This document shows positions 1 through 10,890 of a stretch of DNA of 64,000 nucleotides, piece by piece. The DNA lies in the NCBI GenBank assembly GCA_036689415.1, contig CP144817.1, positions 42,253-106,252 on the forward strand, given 5' to 3'. Position 1 is the stretch's first letter; each line of letters opens with the position of its first letter. The position numbers were made by a program, and so were the translations under genes. The notes below the pieces were generated by a model. It was not told the origin of the DNA. It made no database searches and saw only the letters and a list, made by a program, of their open reading frames with translations. This DNA comes from Candidatus Stammera capleta (GTDB taxonomy: Bacteria > Pseudomonadota > Gammaproteobacteria > Enterobacterales > Enterobacteriaceae).

Positions 1-21
1 ATAAATTTTATAAAATGGTAA
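1..21 (+). CDS. 3' end of an upstream CDS, partial (by operon position probably ribosomal protein L22)
   Basis: The frame ata aat ttt ata aaa tgg taa enters the window and stops at TAA 19-21, 5 nt before rpsC. Only 6 codons are visible, so identity rests on S10-operon order alone. Confidence 0.3.
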   Translation: MNFIKW

Positions 22-26
22 AATAT

Positions 27-737
27 ATGGGTCAAAAAGTAAATCCTAATGTTATACGTTTAGGTATAACAAAAATGTGAAATTCTACATGATTTGTTAA
101 TAAAAAAGATTTTGCTAATAATTTATATAGTGATTATAAAGTTCGTAATTATTTAAATAAAAAATTATCTAAAGCTTTAATATCTAAAATATTGATTGAA
201 AGACCAGCTAAAAAAAGTATAAAAATTATAATATATACTGCTAGACCTGGTATTGTTATAGGTAAAAAAGGTGAAGATATAGAAAAACTTAAAAAAAAAA
301 TATCTATTATTACTGGTGTTCCTTCTCAAATAAATATTTTAGAAATTCGTAGACCTGAATTGGATTCTAAATTAGTTGCTGATAATATTGCTTTTCAATT
401 AGAAAAACGTATGATGTTTAGAAGAGTTATGAAAAGAGTTATTTATAATGCTTTACGTTTAGGTTGTAAAGGTATAAAAATTAAAATTAGTGGTAGATTA
501 GGAGGTTCAGAAATTGCTAGAACTGAATGATATAAAGAAGGTCGTATACCTTTACATACATTAAGAGCAGATATAGATTATAGTTTTAAAAAAGCTTTTA
601 CAAATTATGGTGTAATAGGTATTAAAGTTTGAATATTTAAGGGAGAAATATTAGATAAATTATATCCTATAAAATTATATTATAATAATGTCATGAATTT
701 TAAAAAATATTTTAAAAAAAATAATATTGGAAAATAA
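27..737 (+). CDS. rpsC: 30S ribosomal protein S3
   Basis: ATG at 27. The N-terminus [23 protein letters not shown] matches S3. The two Trp of WNSTW are TGA (78-80, 90-92). The frame continues through TGA at 528 and 630 to TAA 735-737, giving 236 aa. Confidence 0.95.
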
Positions 738-741
738 TTAA

Positions 742-1173
742 ATGTTATATCCTAAAAGAACTAAATATAAAAAAGTACAAAAAGGTCGTAATAAAGGATG
801 ATCTAATGATACTGAAATTATTTTTGGTAAATATGCATTAAAAGCTATTACTAGAGGACATATATCTTCTAAACAAATAGAAGCAGCACGTAGAGTTATT
901 ACTCGTTCTATAAAAAAACAAGGTTTTTTATGAATAAGAATGTTTCCTGATAAACCTATTACTAAAAAACCTTTAGAAATAAGAATGGGAAAAGGAAAAG
1001 GTAATGTTGAATATTGAGTTGCTGTTATTAAACCTGGTAAAATATTATATGAATTAGATGGAATTGATGAATATATAGCTAAAAAAGCATTTAAATTAGC
1101 TAGTGCTAAATTATCTGTAAAAACAACTTTTGTTATAAAAAATAATTTATTATGTCAAACAATAAATTTTTAA
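742..1173 (+). CDS. rplP: 50S ribosomal protein L16
   Basis: Contains [20 protein letters not shown] and [26 protein letters not shown], both L16 signatures. There are several in-frame TGA and a TAA at 1171-1173. It is missing from the ORF track because TGA fragments it. Confidence 0.92.
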
Positions 1174-1358
1174 GAAGTAAAAGTATAGAAGAGTTAAAAA
1201 ATAATTTACATATTTTATTAAAAAAAAAATTTACTTTACGTATGCAATTATTTTTAAATAAAATTAAAAAAAATCATTTAATTCGTAAATGTAAAAAAAA
1301 TATATCAATAATTAAAACTATTTTAAGGGAAAAATGTATTAATGAAAAAAAAAAATAA
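1152..1358 (+). CDS. rpmC: 50S ribosomal protein L29
   Basis: A 68-aa ORF at the operon position between rplP and rps[14 protein letters not shown] and LRMQ fit L29. It overlaps the rplP 3' end by 22 nt. Confidence 0.8.
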   Translation: MSNNKFLRSKSIEELKNNLHILLKKKFTLRMQLFLNKIKKNHLIRKCKKNISIIKTILREKCINEKKK

Positions 1359-1590
1359 TATAAAAAAAGGTATTGTAATAAGTAATAAAATGAATAAAAC
1401 TATAATAGTTTTAATTACTAAATTAATAAAACATAAGATTTATGGAAAATATATTAAAAAGAGATCTAAAATATATGTTCATGATGAATATAATAAATGT
1501 AATATAGGAGATATTGTATTGATAAAAGAATTTCGTCCTTTATCTAAAAAAAAATCATGAGTTTTATATAAAAAATATAAAATGAAATAA
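1342..1590 (+). CDS. rpsQ: 30S ribosomal protein S17
   Basis: [16 protein letters not shown]...[15 protein letters not shown]...RPLSKKKSW is S17-like. TGA at 1558 sits on the conserved KSW Trp. The frame reads on to TAA 1588-1590. Confidence 0.88.
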
Positions 1591-1601
1591 GGAAAAATTA
1601 T

Positions 1602-1970
1602 ATGATTCAAGAAAGATCTTTACTATTAGTATCAGATAACACTGGTATTAAATTAGTTATGTGTATAAAAGTATTAGGAGGAACTAAATTTAAATATGCA
1701 AATATTGGTAATATAATTAAAATAGTTGTTAAAGAAGTTATTTCTAAAAGTAAATTTAAAAAAGGTGATGTACTAAGAGCTTTAATTATAAGAACAAAAT
1801 ATGGTATTCAAAGGAAAGATGGTTCTATTATAAAATTTGATAATAATTCATGTATCATATTAAATGATAATAATCAACCATTAGGAACAAGAATTTTTGG
1901 TCCTATTACAAGAGAATTAAAGTGTGAAAAATTTGTAAAAATTATTTCTCTTGCTCCAGAAGTAATTTAA
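1602..1970 (+). CDS. rplN: 50S ribosomal protein L14
   Basis: A 122-aa ORF with [15 protein letters not shown] and [11 protein letters not shown], both L14 signatures. AAGGA lies upstream. Confidence 0.95.
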   Translation: MIQERSLLLVSDNTGIKLVMCIKVLGGTKFKYANIGNIIKIVVKEVISKSKFKKGDVLRALIIRTKYGIQRKDGSIIKFDNNSCIILNDNNQPLGTRIFGPITRELKCEKFVKIISLAPEVI

Positions 1971-1980
1971 AGGATATAAT

Positions 1981-2310
1981 ATGTCTTGTAAATTTCGTAT
2001 AAATGATAAAGTTATTGTAATTTCAGGTAAAGATAAAGGAAAGAAAGGTATAATAAAAAAAATTAAATTTAATAAAGTTATAATTAGTAATATTAATCTA
2101 GTTTATAAAAATATTAAATCTAATATTATAAATAATATTATAGGTAAAATTATTAAAAAAGAATCTTGAATAGATATTTCTAATATAAGTCATTTTTTTT
2201 TAGATAAAAATAATAAAGTTATTTTATCTAAAGTAGGTTTTAAATATTTAAAAAATAAAAAGAAAGTTCGTTATTTAAAATATAATAATTTATTAATTGA
2301 TAAAAAATAA
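1981..2310 (+). CDS. rplX: 50S ribosomal protein L24
   Basis: KFRINDKVIVISGKDKGKKGII is the KOW motif of L24. The frame passes through TGA at 2167 to TAA 2308-2310. Confidence 0.88.
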
Positions 2311-2311
2311 T

Positions 2312-2851
2312 ATGAATAGTTTATATAATTTATATAAAAAAAAAATTATATATAATTTTTTAAAAAAATTTAATTGTAAATCTATTATGGAGGTTCCTAA
2401 AATTACTAAAATAGTTTTAAGTGTAAGTTTAAATTCAGTAGATTTATCTAAAAATAAAATAAATAATGTTTTATTAAATTTAAAATTAATTTCTGGTCAA
2501 TTACCAGTAATTATAAAATCTAAAAAATCTATATCTAGTTTTAAAATACGTAAAAATTTTCCTATTGGATGTAAAGTTACATTAAGAAAAAAGATAATGT
2601 GGTTTTTTTTAGATAAATTAATATTTATTGTTATTCCTAGAATTAGAGATTTTAGAGGTATTTCTAAAAAATCTTTTGATAAGTATGGAAATTTAAATAT
2701 TGGTATTAAAGAACATATTATATTTCCAGAAATTGATTATGAAAAAGCTAAATATATTCATGGAATGAATATTTCTATTGTTATAAGAAATAAAAATATT
2801 AAAGAATCTATATTTTTATTAAGTTCTTTTTCTTTTCCTTTTAAAAATTAA
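2312..2851 (+). CDS. rplE: 50S ribosomal protein L5
   Basis: The ORF is L5-like (MEVPKITKIVLSV, FRGIS, GNLNIGIKEHIIFPEIDY). I prefer ATG 2312 to the TTG 2297 in the track because 2297 lies inside rplX. Confidence 0.9.
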   Translation: MNSLYNLYKKKIIYNFLKKFNCKSIMEVPKITKIVLSVSLNSVDLSKNKINNVLLNLKLISGQLPVIIKSKKSISSFKIRKNFPIGCKVTLRKKIMWFFLDKLIFIVIPRIRDFRGISKKSFDKYGNLNIGIKEHIIFPEIDYEKAKYIHGMNISIVIRNKNIKESIFLLSSFSFPFKN

Positions 2852-2868
2852 TAATTTATAATTTTGTT

Positions 2869-3174
2869 ATGACTAAAAAATCTATTATAGCACGTGAAAA
2901 AAAAAGAATTAAATTAATTAATAAATATTATGATAAAAAAGTTAAATTAAAAAATATTATTTCTAATAAAAAATCTTCAGGTAAACAAAGATGAAAGGCT
3001 TTAGTAAAACTACAATCTTTACCTAGAAATTCTAGTATTTGTAGACATCGTAATAGATGTATATTAACTGGAAGATCTCATGGTTTTTTACGTAAATTTG
3101 GTTTAAGTAGAATTAAATTTCGTGAATTTGCTGTTAGAGGTGATATTCCTGGTTTGAAAAAATCTAGTTGATAA
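2869..3174 (+). CDS. rpsN: 30S ribosomal protein S14
   Basis: Contains [46 protein letters not shown]. It ends KKSSW with the terminal Trp encoded by TGA 3169-3171, followed by TAA. Length is 101 aa. Confidence 0.93.
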
Positions 3175-3196
3175 TTTTAAAAATTATGGTGATATT

Positions 3197-3592
3197 ATGA
3201 GTATGCAAGATTCTATATCAGATATGTTTACATGTATAAGAAATGCTCAAATGGTTAAAAAAAAAAAAATTATTATTTATTATACTAAATTTAAACATTC
3301 TATTTTAAATGTTATTCATTCTGAAGGTTATATAAAGAGATTTGTTATATTTTTTGAATCTAAAAAAAAAAAAATAACAATTTATTTAAAATATTATTTT
3401 AATAAACCTGTTATTTCATTAATTAAAAGAATAAGTCGTCCTAGTTTACGTATATATAAATCTTGTAAGAATTTACCTTTTTTAAAATCTGGATTAGGTA
3501 TAGTAATTGTATCTACATCTAAAGGAGTTTTATCAGATAAAAAAGCTCGTCTTTTAAATGTAGGTGGAGAAATAATTTGTTATATATTTTAA
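3197..3592 (+). CDS. rpsH: 30S ribosomal protein S8
   Basis: A 131-aa ORF with MSMQDSISDMFTCIRNA and GGEIICYIF, both S8 signatures. Confidence 0.93.
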   Translation: MSMQDSISDMFTCIRNAQMVKKKKIIIYYTKFKHSILNVIHSEGYIKRFVIFFESKKKKITIYLKYYFNKPVISLIKRISRPSLRIYKSCKNLPFLKSGLGIVIVSTSKGVLSDKKARLLNVGGEIICYIF

Positions 3593-3606
3593 AAATGAGA
3601 TAATAT

Positions 3607-4155
3607 ATGTCAAGAATTGCAAGAAAACCTATTATAATTCCTAAAGATGTTAAAATAAATATTATTAATAATAAAATTGTTATATTTAAAAATAATTTAG
3701 TTATTAAAAATATAATTCATTATTCTGTATTACCTATAATAAAAAAAAATAAAATTATTTTTATTAATCATAGTTGTTATTCTAAAAAATATTTAATGTA
3801 TGCTGGTACTATTCGTTCAATAATTAATAATATTTTAATTGGTTTAAAAAATAATTTTGTAAAAAAATTATTATTAATTGGTATTGGATATAAAGCTTAT
3901 ATTGAAAAAAAAATATTATTTTTAAATTTAGGTTTTTCTTATACTATTAAATATGAAATACCTGATTATATAAATATAGTATGTTCAAATAATAATGAAA
4001 TTATAATTAAAGGTTTTGATAAACAAAAAGTTGGTCAAGTGGCAGCTAAAATAAGATCTTTTAGACCTCCTGAATGTTATAAACAAGGAAAAGGAATAAG
4101 ATATATTAATGAATTTATTAGAATTAAAGAAAATAAAAAAAAAATAAGTAAATAA
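3607..4155 (+). CDS. rplF: 50S ribosomal protein L6
   Basis: A 182-aa ORF with [15 protein letters not shown] and [15 protein letters not shown], both L6 signatures. Confidence 0.92.
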   Translation: MSRIARKPIIIPKDVKINIINNKIVIFKNNLVIKNIIHYSVLPIIKKNKIIFINHSCYSKKYLMYAGTIRSIINNILIGLKNNFVKKLLLIGIGYKAYIEKKILFLNLGFSYTIKYEIPDYINIVCSNNNEIIIKGFDKQKVGQVAAKIRSFRPPECYKQGKGIRYINEFIRIKENKKKISK

Positions 4156-4157
4156 TT

Positions 4158-4517
4158 ATGTTAAATAAATATAAAAAACGTTTAATTAGATGTAAAAAAT
4201 TACGTTTTATTTATAAAAAACAAAATAAGATTTGTTTAGTAATTAATAAAACTTCTCGTCATATGTATGCTCAAATTATAAAATATAATAATTATGTATC
4301 TAGAGTATTATTGTCTGCTTCTACTTTAGAAAAAAAATATTTTAAATATAAATATACTGGAAATAAGAAGTCTTCTTGTATTCTTGGTAAAATTATAGCT
4401 AAAAGAGCAATTAGAAGAGGTATTAATAGTGTTGTGTTTGATAGATCTGGATATAAATATCATGGTCGTGTAAAATGTTTAGCTAAATATGCTAGAAAAT
4501 ATGGATTATTATTTTAA
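4158..4517 (+). CDS. rplR: 50S ribosomal protein L18
   Basis: A 119-aa [38 protein letters not shown] and LF match L18. Confidence 0.92.
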   Translation: MLNKYKKRLIRCKKLRFIYKKQNKICLVINKTSRHMYAQIIKYNNYVSRVLLSASTLEKKYFKYKYTGNKKSSCILGKIIAKRAIRRGINSVVFDRSGYKYHGRVKCLAKYARKYGLLF

Positions 4518-4534
4518 TTTATTATATAAAATAT

Positions 4535-5035
4535 ATGAAAAAAATAAATGTTAATAATGAATATCATGAAAAATTAGTTTTTGTTAATAGAATTTCTAAA
4601 ACTGTAAAAGGAGGAAGAATATTTTCTTTTTCTGCTTTAACTGTTATAGGTAATAAAAATGGTAAAGTTGGTTATGGATATGCTAAATCTAAAGAAGTTC
4701 CTTTAGCTATACAAAAATCTTTAGATAATTCTCGTAAAAATATTATTTCTATATTTTTAAATAAAAAAAAGACTTTAAGATATTCTATTAATTATAATTA
4801 TAAAAGTACTACTATTTTTATTAAACCTGCTATCGAGGGTACTGGAATAATAGCTGGTAAGGCTATGAAATTTTTATTTGAAGTAGCTGGAATAAAAAAT
4901 GTTTTATGTAAATGTTATGGTTCTACTAATCCTATAAATGTAATAAAAACAACTTTTAAAGCTTTAAATAATATTCAATCTCCTTTATTTATAGCTAATA
5001 AAAGGGGTAAATTTTTAAAAGAAATATTTAATTAA
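4535..5035 (+). CDS. rpsE: 30S ribosomal protein S5
   Basis: A 166-aa ORF. VNRISKTVKGGRIFSFSALTVIGNKNGKVGYGYAKSKEV matches S5. Confidence 0.93.
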   Translation: MKKINVNNEYHEKLVFVNRISKTVKGGRIFSFSALTVIGNKNGKVGYGYAKSKEVPLAIQKSLDNSRKNIISIFLNKKKTLRYSINYNYKSTTIFIKPAIEGTGIIAGKAMKFLFEVAGIKNVLCKCYGSTNPINVIKTTFKALNNIQSPLFIANKRGKFLKEIFN

Positions 5036-5056
5036 TTTTATGGAGATAAATAAATT

Positions 5057-5482
5057 ATGTTTTTGAATAATATATGTATAAGAAAAAAAAATAAAAAATC
5101 TAAACGTTTAGGTAGAGGAATAGGATCTGGTTTAGGTAAAACAAGTGGTAGAGGGCATAAAGGCCAAAAATCTAGATCTGGATATAATATAAAAAGATAT
5201 TTTGAAGGAGGACAAACACCGTTTTATCGTAGAATACCTAAATTTGGTTTTAAAAGTAAAAAGAATATTTTTTTTAAGGAATTATCTTTAGATAAATTAA
5301 ATATATTTAATAATAATGATATTATAGATTTAAAATTATTAAAAAAAAAAAAAATTATAAAATATAATATAAAAATTGTTAAGATAATATTAGGAAATAT
5401 AATTTTTAATAAAAAAATTAAAATATTAGATAATAATATTAAATTATCTTCTAGTGTTCGTAATATATTAAAAAATAATTAA
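5057..5482 (+). CDS. rplO: 50S ribosomal protein L15
   Basis: A 141-aa [30 protein letters not shown] and [15 protein letters not shown] match L15. GGAG lies upstream. Confidence 0.92.
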   Translation: MFLNNICIRKKNKKSKRLGRGIGSGLGKTSGRGHKGQKSRSGYNIKRYFEGGQTPFYRRIPKFGFKSKKNIFFKELSLDKLNIFNNNDIIDLKLLKKKKIIKYNIKIVKIILGNIIFNKKIKILDNNIKLSSSVRNILKNN

Positions 5483-5494
5483 TTAGGTATAAAT

Positions 5495-6811
5495 ATGAAT
5501 ATTAAAAATATTTTATTTGATTCTTTATTAGATAATTTTAAAGAATTAAAAAATAGATTATTATTTTTATTTTTTTATATATTTATATTTCGTATAGGAA
5601 GTTTTATTTCTATACCTGGTATTAATTTATATATATTAAATAATATATTTGAAAATATTAATATTAATAAAAAAATTATTAATATTTTTAATATAATTTC
5701 TGGTGGAAATATATTAAATTTTTCTATATTTACTTTAGGAATAATACCTTATATTTCCTCTTCTATTATTATAGAGTTATTAACTATAGTTTTTCCTTAT
5801 TTTATAAAATTGAAAAATAATATTAATGGTAAATATATTATTAATAAATATATAAAATATTTAACTTTATTATTATCTATAATACAATCTATTATTATAT
5901 TTTCTTTTATTAATAAATTTAATAATCATAATGTTTTTTTTTTATATAATAATAATTTTATTTTATATATTAGTTCTATTATTAGTTTAATTACTGGAAC
6001 TATTATTTTAGTATGATTAAGTGAACAAATTTCAAAAAATTCTTTAGGTAATGGTGTATCTGTTATAATGTTTACTAATATAATTTCTAATTTACCTAGT
6101 TCTTTATTTAGTTTTTTTTGAAATATTAATAATTTATCTTATATAAAATTATTTTTAATTTTTTTTTTAGTTATATTTATTATATATTTAATAGTTTTTA
6201 TTGAAATGGCTAAAAGAAAAATATTAATTTTATATCCATCTAAAGGATATAAAAATATTAAATGTTTTTTTTATTCTTATGATACATTTTTACCATTAAA
6301 AATTAATATGACAGGTATAATACCGTCTATTTTTACTTCTAGTATTATGTTAATATTTTCTATTTTTTTACTTTTTTTTAATAATTTTTCTAAAATTAAT
6401 TTTTTATTTTATATTTATAATTTATTTTATCCAAAAAATTTTTTATATTTATTAATTTATTCTATTTTTTTAATTTTTTTTTGTTTTTTTTATACATTAT
6501 TAGTATATAATCCTAATGATATTTCTAATAATTTAAAAAAAAGTGGTGCTTATATACCTGGAATTAGACCGGGAGAAAATACATCTTTTTTTTTAAAAAA
6601 TGTTATTTTAAAGTTAACTTTATTTGGATCTCTATATATATTAATAATATGCTTAATTTCTGATTTTATATATGATGTGTTAAATATAAACTTTAATTTT
6701 AGTTTTATATCTTTATTAATTATAATTAATGTTATTATGGAATTTATATATCAAATAAAATCATTAATTATGTCAAATAGTTATTTTTCTATTATTAAGA
6801 ATTATAGTTAA
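5495..6811 (+). CDS. secY: Preprotein translocase subunit SecY
   Basis: ORFs 5495-6016 and 6206-6811 share a frame and are bridged through TGA at 6014 and 6119. The junction reads WLSEQISKNSLGNGVSVIMFTNII, a SecY motif. Total length is 438 aa at the canonical spc position. Confidence 0.9.
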
Positions 6812-6820
6812 AATTTATAT

Positions 6821-6937
6821 ATGAAAGTAAGAGCTTCAGTTAAAAAGATATGTTCTTTTTGTAAAATTGTAAAACGTTATGGTATATTATATGTTATTTG
6901 TAAAAATAATCCTAAACATAAACAACGTCAAGGTTAA
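6821..6937 (+). CDS. rpmJ: 50S ribosomal protein L36
   Basis: The product [38 protein letters not shown] is 38 aa and a classic L36. The gene is too short for the ORF track. Confidence 0.93.
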   Translation: MKVRASVKKICSFCKIVKRYGILYVICKNNPKHKQRQG

Positions 6938-6955
6938 AGATAAGGGATATATATA

Positions 6956-7312
6956 ATGATAATTAGAATTTGTGGAATAAATATTTCGGAAAATAAATCT
7001 ATTTTATTTGCTTTAACTTCTATATATGGTATAGGAAAATCTCGTTCTAAATTTATTTGTGATAAATTAAATATAAATTATTATATAAAAATTAAAGATT
7101 TAGATAATTCTAAAATAATAGAAATAAGAAAAGTTGTTTCTGATTATATTTTAGAAGGAGATCTTAGAAGAGAAATTATGTTGAATATTAAAAGGTTAAT
7201 TGATATAAATTGTTATAGAGGTATAAGACATAAAAAAAAATTACCAGTACATGGTCAGCGTACTAGAACTAATGCTAAAACTTGTAAAAAATTACGTAAA
7301 ATTAAAAAATAA
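6956..7312 (+). CDS. rpsM: 30S ribosomal protein S13
   Basis: A 118-aa ORF. IRICGINIS, ALTSIYGIGKSRS, CYRGIRHKKKLPVHGQRTRTNA match S13. Confidence 0.93.
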   Translation: MIIRICGINISENKSILFALTSIYGIGKSRSKFICDKLNINYYIKIKDLDNSKIIEIRKVVSDYILEGDLRREIMLNIKRLIDINCYRGIRHKKKLPVHGQRTRTNAKTCKKLRKIKK

Positions 7313-7333
7313 TCTTTTTATTAAGTAATTATT

Positions 7334-7717
7334 ATGTCAAAAAATAAAAATATTAAAAAAAAAAAAAAACAAATATTAAATGGTGTAGCTCATATTTATG
7401 CTTCATTTAATAATACTATAATTACTATTACTGATAAATTGGGTAATGTATTAGGTTGAAAAACTTCTGGAGGTTCTGGTTTTAGAGGTTCTAGAAAATC
7501 TACTCCTTTTGCAGCTCAAATAGCGGCTGAAAAATGTGCAGAAATAGTTAAATTATATGGATTAAAAAATTTAGAAATTATGGTTAATGGTCCTGGTCCT
7601 GGAAGAGAATCTAGTATAAAAGCATTATATAATGCAGGTTTTAATATTACTAATATTAATGATATTACTCCTATTCCCCATAATGGTTGTCGTTCTCCTA
7701 AAAAAAGACGTGTATAA
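7334..7717 (+). CDS. rpsK: 30S ribosomal protein S11
   Basis: ATG at 7334. [26 protein letters not shown](TGA)[20 protein letters not shown]...[15 protein letters not shown] matches S11. TAA at 7715-7717. Confidence 0.93.
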
Positions 7718-7751
7718 TTTAATTTAATTTTTTTTTAAAAATGAGTATAAA

Positions 7752-8372
7752 ATGTCTAAATATTTAGGTCCTAAATTAAAATTAAGTCGTAGAGAAGGTA
7801 TTGATTTATTTTTAAAATCTAATTTACGTAATATTGAATCAAAATGTAAAATAGATCGTTTACCTGGTCAACATGGTTATAAAAAAAATAGATTATCTGA
7901 TTATGCTCTTCAATTAAGAGAAAAACAAAAAGTTCGTCGTATATATTGTATTTTAGAAAAACAATTTTTGAATTATTATAAAAAATCTGTTAGTTTAAAA
8001 GGAAATACTATTGAAATTTTGTTTTCTTTCTTAGAAAGAAGATTAGATAATATTGTTTATAGAATGGGTTTTGGGTCTACTCGTTATGAATCTCGTCAAT
8101 TAATTAATCATAAGTTAATTTTAGTTAATAAAAAAATTGTTAGTATTCCTTCTTTTTTAGTTTCACCTAATGATTTAGTAAGTGTTTCAGATAAAGCTAA
8201 AAATCAAGATCGTATTAAATATTCTTTAGAATTATTTAAACAGCGTAAATTAATTAATTGAATAGATGTAAATATTAAAAAAATGGAAGGTAAGTTTAAG
8301 TTTATTCCTAAAATTAAATATATATTTAATGATATTGAAGAACATCTTATTTTAGAATTTTATTCTAGATAG
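7752..8372 (+). CDS. rpsD: 30S ribosomal protein S4
   Basis: [23 protein letters not shown] and [14 protein letters not shown] match S4. TGA at 8259 is read as Trp. The gene ends at TAG 8370-8372, giving 206 aa. Confidence 0.93.
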
Positions 8373-8411
8373 TATAAATATATATAAATTTATAAGAAGG
8401 TATGAATAATT

Positions 8412-9407
8412 ATGATTAATGTTTTGAAGAATTTAGAACCTAAATTAATAAAAATAAATAAAATTTCTAATAATTCTTCTTTAATAATTTTAGAACCACT
8501 AGAAAAAGGATTTGGTAATACTTTAGGAAATGTATTAAGACGTATATTATTATCTTCTATTCCAGGTTATTCTATAACTGAATTAGAAATTGATGGAATT
8601 GAACATGAATATGATTATAAAGAAGGATTATTAGAAGATATTACAGAAATAATTTTAAATTTAAAAAATTTATCTATAAATTTAGATAATGATTTATATG
8701 AATCTATTTTAACTATTAATAAAAAAGGAATCGGTCCTGTTTTAGCATCTGATATAAAATCAATTGATAAATTTAATATAGTTGATCCAAATTATGTTAT
8801 ATGTAATTTAACATCTTCAGATTCTTCTATTTCTATTCGTATGAAAGTTGAATTAGGTAAAGGGTATGTATCTTCTTTATCAAAGATAGATAAAATTAAA
8901 AAGAATAGTAATGATTTATTAATTGGTAAATTATTTATTGATTCATATTTTTCTCCTATAAAATGTGTTTCATATAATGTTGAAAATACTAGATTAAAAG
9001 ATTGTAATGGATTAGATAAATTAATATTAGATATTAAAACTAATGGAACTATAAGTCCTGAATTAGCTGTTCGTAAAGCTGCTAATATTTTAGTTAATCA
9101 ATTAAGTATTTTTGTAAATTTAAATGAAAATATAATTAATAAAAAAAATAAAAAAAAAATAAAATTTGATTCTATTTTATTAAAATCTGTTGATGATTTA
9201 GATTTAACTGTAAGATCAGCGAATTGTTTAAAAAATGAATCTATATATTATATAGGAGACTTAGTACAAAAAACAGAATTTGAATTATTAAAAACTCCTA
9301 ATTTAGGTAAAAAATCTTTATCTGAAATAAAAAATATATTATTATCTAAAGGATTAAAATTAGGTACTAAATTAGATAATTGACCTCCTGTTGATTTAAA
9401 AAAATAA
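8412..9407 (+). CDS. rpoA: DNA-directed RNA polymerase alpha subunit
   Basis: [26 protein letters not shown] and the C-terminal domain [23 protein letters not shown] match RpoA. TGA 9381 gives the conserved NWPP. TAA at 9405-9407. Confidence 0.95.
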
Positions 9408-9420
9408 TAAGGAATATTTT

Positions 9421-9774
9421 ATGCGTCATAAAAAAAAAGGGCGTAAATTTAATAGAAATAGTAGTCATAGAAGATTAATGTTTAGAAATATGATAAATTC
9501 TTTAATAAATTATGAATTGATCAAAACTACTTTATTTAAAGCAAAAGAATTAAGAATTTTAATAGAAAAATTAATAACTAGATCTAAAGTAAATAATTTA
9601 CATAATAAAAGAATATTATTTTCTATTATTAGAAATAAAAAAAATGTTAATAAATTATTATATATTTTAGGTCCAAAATTTTTAAATTTTAATGGAGGTT
9701 ATACTAAAATTTTAAAATGTGGTTTTAGAAATGGTGATAATGCTCCTTTAGCATATATAAAAATTTTAAATTAA
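9421..9774 (+). CDS. rplQ: 50S ribosomal protein L17
   Basis: A 117-aa ORF. MRHKKKGRKFNRNSSHRRLMFRNM and GGYTKILKCGFRNGDNAPLAYI match L17. Confidence 0.93.
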   Translation: MRHKKKGRKFNRNSSHRRLMFRNMINSLINYELIKTTLFKAKELRILIEKLITRSKVNNLHNKRILFSIIRNKKNVNKLLYILGPKFLNFNGGYTKILKCGFRNGDNAPLAYIKILN

Positions 9775-9779
9775 TTTTT

Positions 9780-9797
9780 TATATATATATATATATA
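9780..9797. repeat. Simple (TA)9 dinucleotide repeat in the rplQ-glyQ spacer
   Basis: The run tatatatatatatatata can be read directly. It is self-complementary and lies 6 nt after the rplQ stop. Confidence 0.8.
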
Positions 9798-10018
9798 AAT
9801 ATATTTTATTAGTATTTAAATTAAATGTATATTATATTTAATAATTAATATTATTTTAAAATAATATATATTATTATATAATATATATATAATTAATTAT
9901 TTATTAAATTATTATTATATAATAAGTGTTTTTATTTTTTTTTTAAAAAAATGATGTATTATTAAAAATAATATTTTATAATTATATTAAAATATATTGA
10001 TATTAATGTTTTTAATAT

Positions 10019-10873
10019 ATGATTACTTTTAAAAAATTAATTTTTAAGTTATATAAATATTGATCTAAATTAGGTAGTTGTATTATTCAACCTATAGATA
10101 TAGAGGTAGGTGCTGCTACTTTTCATCCTATTACTTTTTTTAGTTGTCTTAGTAATAATAAAATTTTTTATAATTATATACAATTATGTAGAAGACCAAA
10201 TGATGGTCGTTATGGTAATAATTTTAATAAATTACAACAATATTATCAATTTCAAGTTATTAGTAAACCTTCTTTATTAAATATTCAAAATTTATATATA
10301 AAATCATTAAAATATTTAAATATTAATTTAAATATATCTGAATTACGTTTTATTGAAGATAATTGAGAAAATCCTACTTTAGGAGCATATGGTACAGGTT
10401 GAGAAGTTTGATTAAATGGTATGGAAATTAGTCAATTTACTTATTTTCAAAAAATGGGAGGATTTAATTGTATTCCTATACTTTGCGAAATTACTTATGG
10501 GTTAGAAAGAATATCTTTATATTTACAAGATGTAAATCATATAAATAAATTAATTTGAGATATTAATATTTATGGAAAATTAAAATATATTGATATTTTA
10601 TATGATGAAATTGATAAGTCTAATTATATTTTTAATAATTCAAATATAGATTTTTTATTTTCATGTATGAATAATTATAAAAATGAATCTTTAAGATTAA
10701 TAAATTTGAATAAACCTTTAATTAAAGTATCATATGAATTTGCAATTAAAATGGTTTATTATTTTAATTTATTAGATGCTAAAAATTATTTTTCTAAAAT
10801 AGAAAGACAAAATAATATTTTATGTATTAGAGAAATTTTTAATAAAATTGCTAAATTATATTTAAATTTATAA
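10019..10873 (+). CDS. glyQ: Glycyl-tRNA synthetase alpha subunit
   Basis: The product begins [15 protein letters not shown](TGA)[22 protein letters not shown]. Further in it reads [34 protein letters not shown] with the Trp positions as TGA. It shares a frame with ORF 10667-10873. Confidence 0.92.
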
Positions 10874-10890
10874 TTTATTTAAGGATATAA

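Noticed and set aside
2297-2311. The ORF track uses upstream TTG starts for rplE (2297) and rpsT (19860).
   Set aside because: ATG codons at 2312 and 19872 fit the orthologue N-termini. They avoid overlap with rplX, and for rpsT a GGAG lies at suitable distance. The TTG starts are artefacts of longest-ORF calling.
9780-9797. The (TA)9 run and other short TA repeats could be signs of a CRISPR array or mobile-element ends.
   Set aside because: They are simple dinucleotide repeats with no spacer-repeat periodicity. There are no cas genes, transposases or flanking direct repeats anywhere in the window.
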